DNA from: Mobula birostris
Taxonomy: Eukaryota
Length of the DNA: 64,000 nt
Direction: 5' to 3'
Assembly (NCBI RefSeq): GCF_030028105.1
Contig: NC_092388.1
Coordinates: forward strand, 46,940,581 to 47,004,580
A model generated the notes under the pieces. The model saw only the letters and a program-made list of their open reading frames with translations, searched no databases and was not told the origin of the DNA. This document shows, piece by piece, positions 1-12,564 of the stretch. Position numbers and translations under genes: made by a program. Each line of letters opens with the position of its first letter. Positions within the stretch are counted from its first letter, which is position 1.

Positions 1-1021
1 GCTAAGCTATTCAGGAGCAGTCAGGGAACCCTCAGACAAAGGATGGTGGATATCTGCTCTGTTTTTCTTTTTTTCTCTCTCTCAGATCAACTGAACACCT
101 AATAACTGATAGGTTTAGAAAAAAAGTATGAAGGAATACAGACAAATCGCAGAGTTTCTGTATATCCCCCATGATATTAGTGAATGTAACAGGTAAAAAA
201 GCCTAAGCATATTATTTCTTATGAATCCGGTTACAATCTAATCGAATGGCAGAACATAAAAGCAGCTGAAAGACTTGCTTTCCACATTTCTTCCTGTGGA
301 CACAAAATGTTTTGGACAAGAAATATTTACTCAGGTTTATTACCAGAAAAATAAACTAATTTATCATATTCATAAGGGGAGAATGTGTTGTTTTAAACAT
401 TACACTATAGCATTAATATTCTTTCTGCGTCAGTTCCTGGGATTTCAGTTCCTGGGAAATGCTGATAGTTTAATCAAACTGTTGCACCATCTTTACAGAG
501 TGTTTCCACATATAACACTCAGTAAATGTTGTAAGTGACTGAAGCCAGTGCCTAAGGCCATGAAATCTGAAGGAGACTCAAATCATACTCATTGGGAAAT
601 GGATTAATTGATGTTGCTCAAATCCAATGCCATTTTTCCATCAGAGGGAAAATTTCACATTCCAGGGCTCGAAGGCAAAATATTCTTTCTTTCATCAAAT
701 GTCATTAACTTGTGTTTATCGTTCTCAGTATCAAAGCGCGCTTTAAAATGATATAAAAATAACTAATTGTGAATAGTCTTTGACCGTACGCTTTACTAAA
801 ATATTAACTACTGCACCTAATATTTCCCTTAATCAATTTAGAACAATAGGAATAATGGTTCGGATTCAATTCTAACCAACAGCTAAGAACATCTGACGAA
901 ACGTCGCGTAAATCATTTTTAATAAAGCTTATCTTTGCAGAAATTTGGCCTAAGCTGTGGAGTGCTGGAAGTTTCCTGCAATGCTGGTTACATTCACAAA
1001 TTCACAGCGTCAGCGATTCAC

Positions 1022-1105
1022 CTTGCTCAAAATTTGATCGAAGCCCTTTCCACCTGTCAAATCTCGGATTAACTGTCTGAAATTGTTCAAGGACGATCCA
1101 GCCAT
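1022..1105 (-). CDS. acot13: Acyl-CoA thioesterase 13, coding exon 1 (gene continues left beyond the window)
   Basis: The minus strand reads ACCATGG (strong Kozak), then MAGSSLNNFRQLIRDLTGGKGFDQILSK, then AAG|GTGAAT (phase-0 donor). This resembles human ACOT13 exon 1 (MTSMTQSLREVIKAMTKARNFERVLGK) in sequence, length and phase. It lies head-to-head with tdp2, as in mammals. Confidence 0.85.
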
Positions 1106-1340
1106 GGTCAGAAATAAGGTCGCAGCTATCGCTTCTCGGCGAACTGTTTAAAGGTTATAGAGAGAGGTCTTCCTGGAGCAGACGGAAATACGCCCGCAAG
1201 CTCGGATGACCAACAGCATCTCCCATTGCGCCCCCTAGAGGAGCTGAGCTCCCATACTTCACAAATTAAAACGGCCAGTGCCGGAACTTCTCTTCCGTGA
1301 AAACAGTTCACTTTCTTTCCCCAGGCACAGTATTTGCATC
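1106..1340 (-). promoter_or_regulatory. Putative acot13 5'UTR/promoter
   Basis: Locally CpG-retaining unique sequence directly upstream of the acot13 ATG, with an ETS-like CCGGAA at about 1281. Confidence 0.4.
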
Positions 1341-1720
1341 TGAAACACAAATGCTGGAAGAACTGTCCTGCCGAAGGGTCTCTGCCCGAAACGTCGACTG
1401 CACTTTTTTTCCCCCCGTAAATGCTGCCTGGCTTGCTGGGTTCCTCCAGCGTTTTGTGTGTGTTGCTTGGATTTCCAGCATCTGCAGATTTTCTCTTGCT
1501 GGAAGGACTCAAGTTAGGCAAGATCTACTGAAAGAGAAAACAGTTAACATTTCAGCTCCAAGACCGTCCATCAGGACTGACAGGGCTTTTCCAGCATTTC
1601 TCTTTTGTTTCAGCTACAGAACCCTTCATTAGCTGTTCCTTTCTCGACAGATGCTGCCTGACCAGCTAAGAAAGCATCTGTGGCATTTTCTGTTTTTATT
1701 TCTAATTTCCAGCATCCACA
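1340..1720. mobile_element. Penelope-like-derived fold-back repeats with degenerate hammerhead cores
   Basis: Inverted arms acacaaatgctggaagaac ... gttcctccagcgttttgtgt enclose CTGCCGA-AGGGTCTCTGCCC-GAAAC-GTC-GACTG (1368-1400). A second degenerate copy lies on - at about 1540-1580. Confidence 0.65.
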
Positions 1721-1837
1721 AGTTTTTAACCTTTATAGTTCATTAATCTTTTTTCTATTTTCACTTTTAATTTGAGCAAGTTGTACCACTACCAAGCTGT
1801 GTCGCCTTCTTTGGTTGTTTGTAAAAGTAATGGTAAA

Positions 1838-2250
1838 CGAGAAGGTGCAGAGGAGGTTCCTGGGAATGATCCCAGGAATGAGAGGGTTAACATGTGAGGA
1901 GTATTTGATGGCTCTAAAACTATACTCATTGAAGTTTAGAAGAATGAAGAACTGGGGGTGTAGTGGGGGGTTTGGGAAATCTCATTGAAACTCATTGAAT
2001 ATTGAAAGGCTTTGATAGAGTGAACATGAAGAAGATGTTTCCTATAGTGGTGGAGTCTAGAATCAGAATCAGGTTTATTATCACCAGCATGTGTTGTGAA
2101 ATTTGTTAACTTAGCAGCAGCAGTTCAATGCAATACATAATATAGTAGAAAAAAATAAGTAAATTACTTACAGTATATGTATATTGAATAGATTAAAAAT
2201 CATGCAAAAAACAGAAATAATAGCACAGCCTCAGAATACAAGGACATTGT
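1838..2250 (+). mobile_element. CR1 LINE 3' fragment interrupted by a minus-strand LINE tail (about 2057-2222)
   Basis: Translates roughly as EKVQRRFLGMIPGMRGLTCEEYLMALKLYSLKFRRM, matching the CR1 RT C-terminus. The insert begins with (AGAATC)n-AGGTTTATT, the same family as 4975-5170. Confidence 0.65.
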
Positions 2251-2295
2251 CCTATGGTTTAATAAGACCTATGGTCCAAAAGTTTATTTGCTTAG

Positions 2296-3421
2296 TGTTA
2301 TACAGGGGCGCTGGGAGCGGACCCAGATGCAAGACACAGACACTGAAGTACTAGGAACAGGACTCAGAGTGTCAAGAAAGCAAGGGAAGTGGGGAAGAAA
2401 GGACACTGGACACTGACACAGGCCCTGGACGAGACTAGGATGCAGGGCCTGGGCTAGGACATGGACAAGAAACAAGGAAATGGGAACTAGGAGCCTGGAC
2501 TAGTGACATGGAACTCCGGAACCAGAGCCTGGACAAGGATCCAGAACCTGGGTCTTGGTTGGGACCCAGAACCTGGGTCTTGACTCGGAACCGGAACTCG
2601 GGTCTAGGCTAGGACTTGGGACTAGGATCTTGGCAAGGACAGGACGTGGCTACAGAACAGGACGTGGAACTCCTGCACAGGATGAGGCACATGGACAGGA
2701 AAGGAACACAAAGCCTTGACTTGGACAGGACGAGGTTCTTGGATGTGGCTTGGACAGGACGAGAGACTCCTGGACAGGACGAGGGAACCCCAGCTCTGGA
2801 CTGGGTGAGGTACTCCTGGGCTGGGCGAGGCACATGGACAGGCCGAGAACAAGAAGCCTTGACTTGGTTGAGGGAGGGACAGGGACGCGGAGCCTTGATC
2901 AAGGGAGGGACAGGAACATGGAACACAGAGCCGGGACCCCTCCTTGGGAACAGGACGTAGGGCCAGGACTCATATACAGAATGCTGAACACAACGAGACA
3001 GTTCCCAACACTAGGTAGCGGCAAACGGCCGGACCTACCTAGCGAAGGCATGGATACAGAAACGGTTCTCAACTCAAGGTAGCGGCAAATGGCCAGACCT
3101 ACATAGCGAAGGTGTGGACACAGAGACAGTTCCTTATCTAGGCACAGCAAGGCTCTGATCTTGCTCCAGCTGTAGAACTTGACAGAGATACAGGCAAGCT
3201 TGCAGGCAAGTCTTCAAGTCAAGGCTTCAGGCAGAAGGTGAAAGGAACAGTCCAGCAACCAAAGCTGAACCCAGGAGCTGTTTATGTAGCCAGCCCAAGA
3301 TGAGAATCATATGCCTCAATTAAGGCACCAACAAAACAAAGGAAAACTGGAAAACCTGGAATAAGGATTGATGGACTGGACAGTGAACCTGAATACGGAC
3401 TTCACGGACCGGACCATGACA
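2296..3421. mobile_element. Solo LTR with internal degenerate tandem repeats
   Basis: Termini TGTTAT...ATGACA and a perfect 5-bp TSD CTTAG (2291-2295, 3422-3426). Internal repeats include ggacaggacg, gccttgactt and gtagcggcaaa. Confidence 0.75.
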
Positions 3422-3839
3422 CTTAGATTCTTATGTGAATATTTAACCCAAGTAAAACAGACAACAGTTACATGCTTCCATTACCTCAAAACTTGGGTCT
3501 GATTTCAAAAACTGGCTTTGTTTTTATATTGCTACCTGCAACTCCGTCTCTCTGCAGAGAAGAAAATATTGGAAAGTGGAAAAATATGGTTAATTCATTC
3601 ACTAAAAGTTAATAAGTTAAATGGGTTAAAAGAGGAAAGAGATGTTTGAATAAAGATCCATAAACCCCCAAACTGTAAGGGCAAAGGTCAGTGAATCTAC
3701 AACATACGTAAGTTTGGTTCTCAAGACTGCAGGAGGAAGTGAAGTGAAGCTGCAGAATGCAATGGGACCAGCAGTACCTGTTCAGATTCACATTTATTTA
3801 GTTATCACATGTTCATTGGAACATAAATAAATGAATCTT

Positions 3840-6135
3840 CAGAGGGACTGTGAGTGGAGATATAGTAATGCAAGGTAAGGTCATTCCTGTGTACTTACAT
3901 CAGGAGTTAGAAGGCATAGTAATGGCAGCCGGTGGAGTGCTAAGCTCCTCCTGTGTGAGCAATCAGGGAGAAGTCAAATGTCCCTGTGGTCTATGTTTTT
4001 CAGGAAGTATGTCCACTAATGCTCATCTCAGACCTCATCCATTGGTTGGAGGGGCAGTCGGACTCCCTCAGGAATATACACGAGGCAATGTGTTCTAGAT
4101 AGATGTTTCAATGAGGTGGTCACACTGCAGGTTCAGCCAAAGAGTAGGCAGGTACCTGTCTGAAGGGGCCGGCAGGCAGTGCAAGAGACCACTGTATTTA
4201 TTCCTATCTCAATACTACGTAGGATACTCTTGCGGGGGAAAAGCAACTGCAACCAAATGGGTTGCTCTGCGACTGGCTTTGTTGTGCAGCAGGGAAGGAC
4301 CAAGACTTGATGCATAGTAGTGGCGGGAGACTTGATCATCTGGGGTAGAGACAGCTATTTCTGTGGGCCACTGGTGAGATTCCATGTTTCGTCTCTGGTG
4401 CCAGGGTCAAAGGTGCCTTGTAGCAGGTACAGAACATTTTGAAAGGGCGGGGTGGGGGCAGTCAGCAGTCATAGTCCAGGTTGGTACTAATGACGTGGGT
4501 AATGAAAGAGATAAGGTCCTGCAAAAATAATTTAGGTATAAACTAGCAAAGAAGGACCTCTGGTGTTGTTTTAAAAAAATGCTCCTAAATAGGGTTAGGC
4601 TGATCTGTGTTTTCGTCCCAGCATATATAGTGGGTGCACCCGGAAGCAGGTAGTGTAATTGTGCAGAGGAGAGGTAAGGCTGAGATGGTTTCTGGTCCCA
4701 ACATGCACAGTGAGTGGATACGGAAGCAAGAAGTGTAATTGTGCAGAGGAGAGGTAGGGCTGAGCTGGTTTCTGATCCAAAAGTGCACAGTGAGTGAGAG
4801 TTATTACAGGAGAAGTAGATATAGGGGTAGGGCCACTTTGAGAACCCCAGAGCAAATATTTATAGGATTTGAGGCTTTAGCGGAGAGACCATGGTGACGG
4901 TGTCTGCTTTTAAGGTCAAAGTTCTGTATTTGAGGTATAAGTGTTGAGACTTTGGACTAAAGAATGCTACCTCACTTTTTAAATATATATTGTTTCTGTT
5001 TTTTGCATGATTTTTAATCTATTCAATATGTGTATCTATATACAAACAATTATTATTATTATTTTTCTTCTTCTATATTATGTATTGCATTGAACTGCTG
5101 CTGCTAAGATAACAAGTTTCACAACACATTCTGGTGATAATAAACCTGATTCTGATTCTGATTCTGATTCAGAGGCTTCATCAAGGAAGCTGAGCCGTGG
5201 TAACCAGGTAAGATCTTTCACCTTCCTCTCCAGTCTTACCAGCTTAGAGATGGCAGTCAGGGTGGTTGCAGGTTCCTCCTGCAAGCTGTGAGAGAGCAGG
5301 GAGACTGCCAGTGTGCATTCTGGTGGCTGAATTTATTTCCAGGGGAGAGACACAATCACTAGGGCTCCAATGCATGACAGGGAATGGGGGAGACAAGGGG
5401 GGTGGTTGTGGCTGCAGTGAGGGAGACGACAGGGGTACAGACGGGAGCTCCTGTGGCTGCAGACCCCGCTGCAGGATGGTGTGCTGCTTCCTGGGTCCCA
5501 CGATCGGTGGTGTCTTTGAGCAGTTGCAGTATGCTTCCAACGGGGAGGATGAGCAGGAGATTACTTCCAGTACTGCGTGCTAGTGAGGGCGGGAATAAGG
5601 AGGTAGGTCAGAGGTACGTGTGACTGATGAGCTGGTGTAGGAGGGAAGGGTTGTGGTTCTTGGACCTTCTGAGGCACAAGCGATCTGGACGAGCAGGACG
5701 GGTTGCCCCTGATCTAGGTGGGGAGCGGGCATGGGAGGGAAACCGAACTCCTGGCAGGGAGATCTGCTAATGTCTTTCAGGAGGCACCCCGAGCAGATGA
5801 GCAAGATGAAGCAAATAGGTGTTAAAGTGAGCAACTTCAGAAGGCAGGGTGAGCAGGAGCAAGTAAGCCGATAGATCAAACTGCATATATTTTAAGGTAA
5901 GAAGCCTGACAAGTAAGGCAGATGAACTCAGAACATGGATTGATATGTAGAATGGGACATTGCAGTCAGAATGGAAACATGGCTGAAAGAGGATCAGGAC
6001 TGGCAGCTCAATGTCCCTGGATATGGATGCTACAGGCAAGGGAGGAGGGGAGTTGCAATCTTGATGGGGGAGAACATTATGAGCTTGAAGAGTGGCCATT
6101 TGGATTTCAGGGGGGTAAAGTAACAGTGTCTTCAC
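3840..6135 (+). mobile_element. Degraded CR1 5' fragments (UTR, ORF1 SGNH-esterase remnants, start of ORF2)
   Basis: Remnants VVAGDLIIWGRDSYFCG and VIVQVGTNDVG (about 4316-4500), VCCFLGPTIGGVFEQLQ (about 5480-5530) and AVRMETWLKEDQDWQLNVPGY (about 5960-6025). An 80-bp tandem duplication lies at 4641-4800. Confidence 0.5.
4975..5170 (+). repeat. 3' tail of an L2/Rex-like LINE or SINE with (TGATTC)n end
   Basis: AATAAA followed by cctgattctgattctgattctgattc. A reverse-complement copy lies at about 2057-2222. Confidence 0.6.
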
Positions 6136-6139
6136 CCAG

Positions 6140-6566
6140 GCCAAGGAAGCAGCTTTAAAAATCAGTGCTTCGTAGCCGGTTTTTCCGAGCTTGAACAGCA
6201 GCCAGAGTTTTGAGGCAAATGTAATGGTGTCTTCACTCAGGTCAATGAGAGAGCTTTAAAAATCGGTGCTCCATAGCCGGTTTTCCGGAGCTTGAACAGT
6301 GGCCAAACAGAGTCCGGGATTCATTAGCAAGGTCAAATAAAATTAAGGCGGGGCGAGAGGAGCAGCATTGTTGGAGCAGGGCAGTGTCAGGGTGGGAAGA
6401 CTTCGGCTTCAGGCAAAAACAGGTGTGGGCAACCTAAGTATCTGGCAAGCTTTTTCTTGCTTATTCTTCATCTGTTGGTGTATAGTTGGGGCAGTAAGAA
6501 TGGCTCCAGGGTCTGTGTTTTGTTTTTTGTGTAAGATGTGGGAATTCTGGGAGACCACCAGACTCT
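6140..6566 (+). mobile_element. CR1 5'UTR/ORF1 start (continues after the BEL insertion at 16938)
   Basis: MAPGSVFCFLCKMWEFWETT ends at the BEL LTR and resumes as HICARCSEL at about 16940, giving a split CxxC...CxxC zinc finger. A 48-bp direct repeat occurs at about 6152 and 6253. Confidence 0.6.
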
Positions 6567-7040
6567 TGCTAGGAGCCATGTACCTATTTCCTGTCTGTAT
6601 TGTATTTTGTGGTGCGTTTATTATGGTAATCTGTTACATGGGTGGGCTGTGGTAGATGCAAATGAGTATAGTTAAGTTTTCATGATTTGTCCAATTAGCT
6701 GCTAGTCAGAGGTTGCTGGGGGATTTTTTTGTTGACCAGGATCTCTTAGTTATATCTCTAATTAGATGGTGAAGTCCACTAATTAGATGATTAAGATTGC
6801 TATATTGCTAATTAAACTGCTTATTTACAGTAATTTGAATGCTAAGATCACTATATCGCTAATTTAGTTTTGTTAGGTTTTTAATCGCTATAAGATCATT
6901 CATCTTTCTGGTTTTGTAATAAGGGATTGAATGTACTTTTTTCAATTTGAAACTTCATTATTTGGAAGCACGTCATACAGTGTTGACTCCCTGGCTTCAG
7001 CCTTTCAGCAGTTTTGATTTGTTTTAAGGTAACTGCTACA
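6567..7040 (+). repeat. BEL 5' LTR
   Basis: Starts tgctaggagccatgtacc and ends gtaactgctaca. Aligns by eye with 16327-16937 and has AATAAG at the position where the 3' LTR has AATAAA. Confidence 0.85.
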
Positions 7041-7937
7041 TTTTTGTCAACAAAAAATAGATATACCAAATGAACACCCATCTATGGCAAAGGTTTGCTT
7101 TGGACCTGTCGGCAAAATTGCAATCGCAGCACGAGAACAACATGTTGGAACCTCGAGCAGCTTGCGGTAGAATTATCAGTGAGCTTTCTTGATTTGTGCA
7201 GTGTATCTGTGGTTTGAATACAGTTTTGAATGGTCAGTGCTGCCTGTCCATTGGGAACCATTGCTTGATCATCTGGAGTTTACTTAAGGGTTTGTTGCTT
7301 TGTTTTATTGAAGTGCTGAAATAATTCCCCAACTGACATCTGACATTTGAATTGAATGCCATTTGTTTGGTCTGGTTTAAGCACTGTGGATGCATAATCA
7401 ACTTGTTTGTTGCCTACAATTATTGAATTGAATATCACCAGTGCTGAGAGTGAACAAAGAGTTAATTAAGAGTTGGGCAGCTAGACAAAGTAACATGAGT
7501 GCATCAAAGCATGGATTTGGCACCAACGACTCTGGAGTCAGGGCTACAAAAGAGAAATTAAAGCCATAGCTAAGGCTAATCTAATTTAAGGTTTTGGGAA
7601 GGAGTATGAAACAAATGTGAACAAAATTAAAAGATTAATGTCATCAATTAATAATCTTATGAAAATTAGAGAAATTGTCTTACAAGTTCAATCTTGTCTT
7701 GAGAAGTTGACTAATCATTGCGAAGCTGTTGTTAAGTGACATTACATGTTAATCTTATTACTTCTCAGGGTTGAGCAGGAAAGACAGAATGTCTGTTTTT
7801 AAAAGCATTGATGGCTATAGGAGTGCACTCATAGGGTATGTGAAACAATAGTTGAACTATTGAAGGTCATGTTGCTGCAACAGTGAACATGTGTCTCACC
7901 TTCCACAATGTGGTGAAAACTATTGTGAAATATGTAA

Positions 7938-10900
7938 CATTATCATAGTTTGGCTTCGTGAACGAAGATTTAGGAAGGGGGCTGCCCACGTCTGCTGCCG
8001 GCTTGCTGGTGGCTGACGAGGCCAATACAGGACAGGCAGGTCCAGCCACAACGGCTGCAAGGGAAATTCTGTTCTGGGTTTGGTGCTGCTGTGTCACGGT
8101 TCTTCCTCCTTCTCCTTTTGTCCCCAATGCCAGCCCTACGCGTGTTCCCAAAGGAGGAGACAGACTGGTGAATGGCCAGGCTTCATGATCGGAGGCTAGA
8201 TTAGACCACCGGCGATGGTCAATATGACAGGTACCAAGGGATTTCTTCAGAGAGTCCTTGTACCTCTTCTTCGGTGCCCCTCTGTCACGGTGGCCAGTGG
8301 AGAGTTCACCATACAGCACAATCTTGGGCAGGCGTTGTGCCCTGGGGATGTGCCCTGCCCGGCACAGCTGCGTCTTCAACAGCAAGGCCTCGATGCTGGT
8401 GACCTCCGTCTGTTCGAGGACTTTGATGTTGATGACGAAGTCACTCCAGTGGATGTTGAGGATGGTGCGGAGGCAGCGCTGGTGGAAACGCTCAAGGAGT
8501 CGTAGGTGGTGACGGGAGGTGACCCATGACTCCGAGCCATACAGGAGGGTGGTCAGTACAATGGCTCTGTACATACTGATCTTTATGCCTTTCTTCAAAT
8601 GCTTGTTGTTCCATACTGTTTTGTACAGCCTGCCGAATGTGCTGTTTGCCTTTGCCAGTCTGTTGTCAATCTCTTTGTCGATCTTGGCATCTGACGAGAT
8701 GGTGAACCCCAGGTAGCTGAACTGGTGGACTGTCTTCAGCTCTACCTCACCGATGGTGATGCGGGGAGGGTGGTAATCTTCCTGAGGTGTGGGCTGATGG
8801 AGGACTTCTGTCTTCTTCAAGCTGACTTCCAGTCTGAAGAGCTCGGCAGCCTCTGCGAAGCAGGATGTTATACACTGCAGGGCTGTCTCTGTGTGGGCAA
8901 TAAGGGCAGCATTGTCGGCGAAGAGTAGCTCTCAGAGGAGTTGCTCCAATGTCTTAGTGTGGGACTGTAATCGCCTTAGGTTGAACAGGCTGCTATCGGT
9001 GCGGTATCGGATGTAAACACCGTCCTCGTCATCAAGGTCTTCTGTGGCCCTTTCGAGCATCATGTTGAAGAAGATGGTGAAGAGAGTCGGTGCAAGGATG
9101 CAGCCTTGCTTTACTCCGTTGCCTATTGGGAAGGGTTCTGAGAGGTTGTTGTTGTGTCTGACTTGGCCACACTGATCTTCGTGTAGCTGGATGACCATGC
9201 TGAGGAACTTTGGGGGGCATCCCAGTCGTTCCATGATTTGCCACAGACCTTCCCTGCTCACAGTGTCGAAAGCTTTGGTAAGGTCAACAAATGTCATGTA
9301 CAATCCCTTGTTCTGTTCCCTACATCTCTCTTGGAGCTGCCTGAGAACAAATACCATGTCGGTGGTGCTCCTGTTGGCTCTGAAGCCACACTGGCTCTCT
9401 GGGAGGTGTTCATCTGCAATGATGAGCACCAACCTGTTCAGGAGTACTCTTGTGAGGATTTTTCCTGCGATAGGGAGAAGAGTTATCCCCCGGTAGTTGG
9501 AGCAGTCGGACTTTTCCCCCTTGTTCTTATACAGGGTGACGGTGACTGCATCATGGAGGTCCTGTGGTAGTTTACCTCGTTCCCAGCAGCAGAAAAAGAA
9601 CTCGTGGAGTTTGGTGTGTAACACTAGGCACCCATGCTTCCAAATCTCAGGTGGGATTCCATCAACTCCCTCTGCCTTGCCACTTTTCAGTTGCTCTATG
9701 GCCTTGACTGTCTCTTCTAGAGTTGGAACCTTATCCAGTTCTGTTTTCTCTGGCTGTTGTGGGATGCGATGAATTGCTGAGTTTTGGACCATGTGGTTGG
9801 TGCTGAAGAGAGTTTGGAAATGTTCCGACCACTGGTTCAGGATGGATGCCTTGTCTGTGAAGAGCGCCTGACCGTCTGCACTGTGCAAGGGACTCTGGAC
9901 CTGGTGTGAAGGGCCGTACACTGCTCTCAGGGCTTCATAAAACCCTCTATAGTCACCGGTGCCTGCGCAAAGCTGAGTTCTCTTTGCAAGGTTGGTCCAC
10001 CACACATTCTGAATCTCTTGAAACTTGCGCTGGAGGTTGCTGCATACAAGGCAGAAGGCTGCTTTCTTATCAGAACAAGACGGCTGAACAAGGTGCGCCT
10101 GGTGGGCGGATCTCTTCTTCGCCAGCAATTCTTGGATTTCCTGGTTGTTTTCATCAAACCAGTCCTTGTTCTTCTTTGTGGAAAACCCAAGGACTTCTTC
10201 AGAGGTTTGCAGGATGGTGGTTTTTAGGTGTTCCCAGAGCACTGTGGGGAAACTGGGATCCTGAATCCTCGACTGAAGATTCGTCTGAAAGTCAGCTTTC
10301 ACCTCAGCTGACTGGAGGTTGCCAACCTGAAACTTCTTCCTTGGAGCGCCTCCTCTCTTTGGCTTGGGTTTGAAATGGAGACTGAGTTTGCAGCGGACAA
10401 GATGACGGTCCATATGACACTCTGCGCCGGGCATCACTCGGGTGAGTAAGATGTCCCAAAGGTCTCCCTGGCGCACCAAGATGTAGTCTATGAGGTGCCA
10501 ATGCTTGAACCAAGGACACATCCAGGTTGTCTTCAGACTGTCTTTCTGCTGGAAAATGGTGTTGGTGATGGTGAGTTGCTGCTCCGTACAAAACTCTAAC
10601 AGAAGGCGCCCGTTGTCATTGCAGTTTCCAGCACCATGTTTGCCAAGTACTCCTTTCCAGGCTTCTGAATCTTGGCCTACTCTGGCACTGAAGTCACCAA
10701 GGATGAAGACCTTGCCTTCTGCAGGGGCGTTCCGTAGAGGTTGCGCAGATCAGTGTAAAAGTTGTCCTTTTCTGCAGGATCTGCTTGAAGAATGGGGGCG
10801 TTCACGCTGAAGGGTGTGGCATGCTGCTTGGTTCAAAGTGGGAGGTGCATGGAGATGATGTGGTCGGAGTGACCCGTTGGCAGTTTTTCAAGTTTGGAGG

Positions 10901-11286
10901 CAGTGGAGTTCCTGACCATAAAGCCAACGCCAGAAAGGCGTCTCTCTGTCTCTGGCTTGCCTGACCAGTAGATGGTGTAGCCGGCGCCATGTTCTTGAAG
11001 GTTGCCTTCCTCTGGGAAGCGGACGTCACCGAGAGCAGCGATGTCAACATTCAGTCTTGAAAGTTCATGCGCAACTAGAGCAGATCGTCGTTCTGGACGA
11101 CCACTGTCTGCTGTATGGAGCATGGTTCTGATGTTCCAGCATGCGAGCTTTAGTCCTTGCACTCCTTGTGAGGCAGGTGTGCACCTTTTCTTTTTTTGTT
11201 GTTGTTCGACCGCATTTGAGGATGCCCGCTGACCACAGCTAGCCAACTGCGGGAAATGGAAACGAGCTTTGGTTAGGCCACCTTTT
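7938..11286 (-). mobile_element. RTE-clade LINE, near full length, frameshifted (APE endonuclease + RT)
   Basis: ORFs 10833-11246 (ACWNIRT..DIAAL), 8932-10521 ([37 protein letters not shown]), LFADN at about 8912-8926, and 7867-8820 (FSYLG, LLYGSESW). A short ATG-like tail lies at 7938-7946. Confidence 0.92.
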
Positions 11287-12564
11287 CATTCCACGACAGA
11301 AAGATCTCCAGGGATATTCTCACCTGAAACATGTCACTTTGCCAGATGTTAATTTGGAAATTGAGCTGCTGATGGGGTAAATGTGCCTAAAGTATTGGAG
11401 CCATTGCATGTGATTCATAATGTTAATGATAGACCCAATGTAATTAGAACAATATTGGGTGCACTGTGAATGGGCTACTGAAAGGAGACCATGGTGGTGG
11501 AAGAGACTGTGCTCAGCCTGAGCTGAAAGATAACAGGATCTTGTTTTTGAATTTGGACAAGGTTTGACAGCAACAGCTCTAGGCAGACATCCCTAAATGT
11601 AGTCAGGTACAATGACCTGATTCATCAAGAGGACATCACAAGTTCATGGAGCTGGTTATGAATTCTGCAAAACTGGCGGATGTCCAATGCCAGGTTAGCT
11701 TACCTTTGAGAAAGAAAGAGGTTAATGTGCCTAACAACAGGAAGATTGAAGAACTGCATGCTCTAAATCTAAGGAAGAGGTCTAAGTGGGATTTGTCATT
11801 TCACAGCTTTCATGAAGGATGTCATCTCAAAGAATATGCTGAAAGAGTGCCAGCAGATGATCTGGAATGCAGTGATAGGAAAGTCTGGTATGTTCCACAT
11901 CATGGTGCTTATCACCCCAGAAAAGGGAAACTTAGTGTTGTGTTTGACTGTGGAGTGACTTTTCAGTGAATATCACTTAATGTTCGACTTTTACAGGGCC
12001 CAGATCTTACTAGCTCACTGATTGGAGTCATAACCAGATTCAGAAAAGAACCAGTGGTGATCATGGCAGATATTGAATCAATATTTCATCAGGTTCAAGT
12101 ACCAGTAGAAGATGCAGACCTGCTGAGGTTTCTCTGGTGACATGGTTGTGAGCTCAGCCAAGATATAGTGGACTTTAGAATGATGTTACATCTCTTTGGA
12201 GTAACTTCATTGCCAAGCTGTGTCAACTTTGCTCCTAGAAAATGTATAGAAGACAATGAAGAAGCTGTGAGATAGTGAATAAGGTTTTGCATTGCTTCTA
12301 TATTGATAACTGCCTTGTGTCAGTGCCCTCTGAGGAAGAAGCGGTGTCTTTCTATCATGACCTTGTATCCATTTGTGCTAAAGGCAGATTTCAACTCAAA
12401 AAGTAGATAAGCACAGACATAGCGTTCTAGTTGTGATACCATAAGACCAAAGAGTGAAGGTCATGAAGCATTTGTACTTGGATCAAAATTATCTTCAGTG
12501 GAGAGAGTACTGCGTGTGCAATTGTGCATTCAGTATGATATTTTCAAGTTTAATATCACTATTC

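Noticed and set aside
1-1020. Further acot13 exons, or ORF 275-538 as a gene
   Set aside because: No ACOT13 exon-2-like sequence (HGG motif) was recognised. The sequence looks like AT-rich intron 1.
2609-3150. Cluster of overlapping ORFs and repeats that might suggest a repeat protein or CRISPR array
   Set aside because: Degenerate tandem repeats inside a solo LTR. There is no constant repeat with unique spacers, and the context is eukaryotic.
7958-11232. Numerous plus-strand ORFs over the RTE element
   Set aside because: Antisense and alternative-frame shadows of the GC-rich RTE ORF, with no independent motifs.
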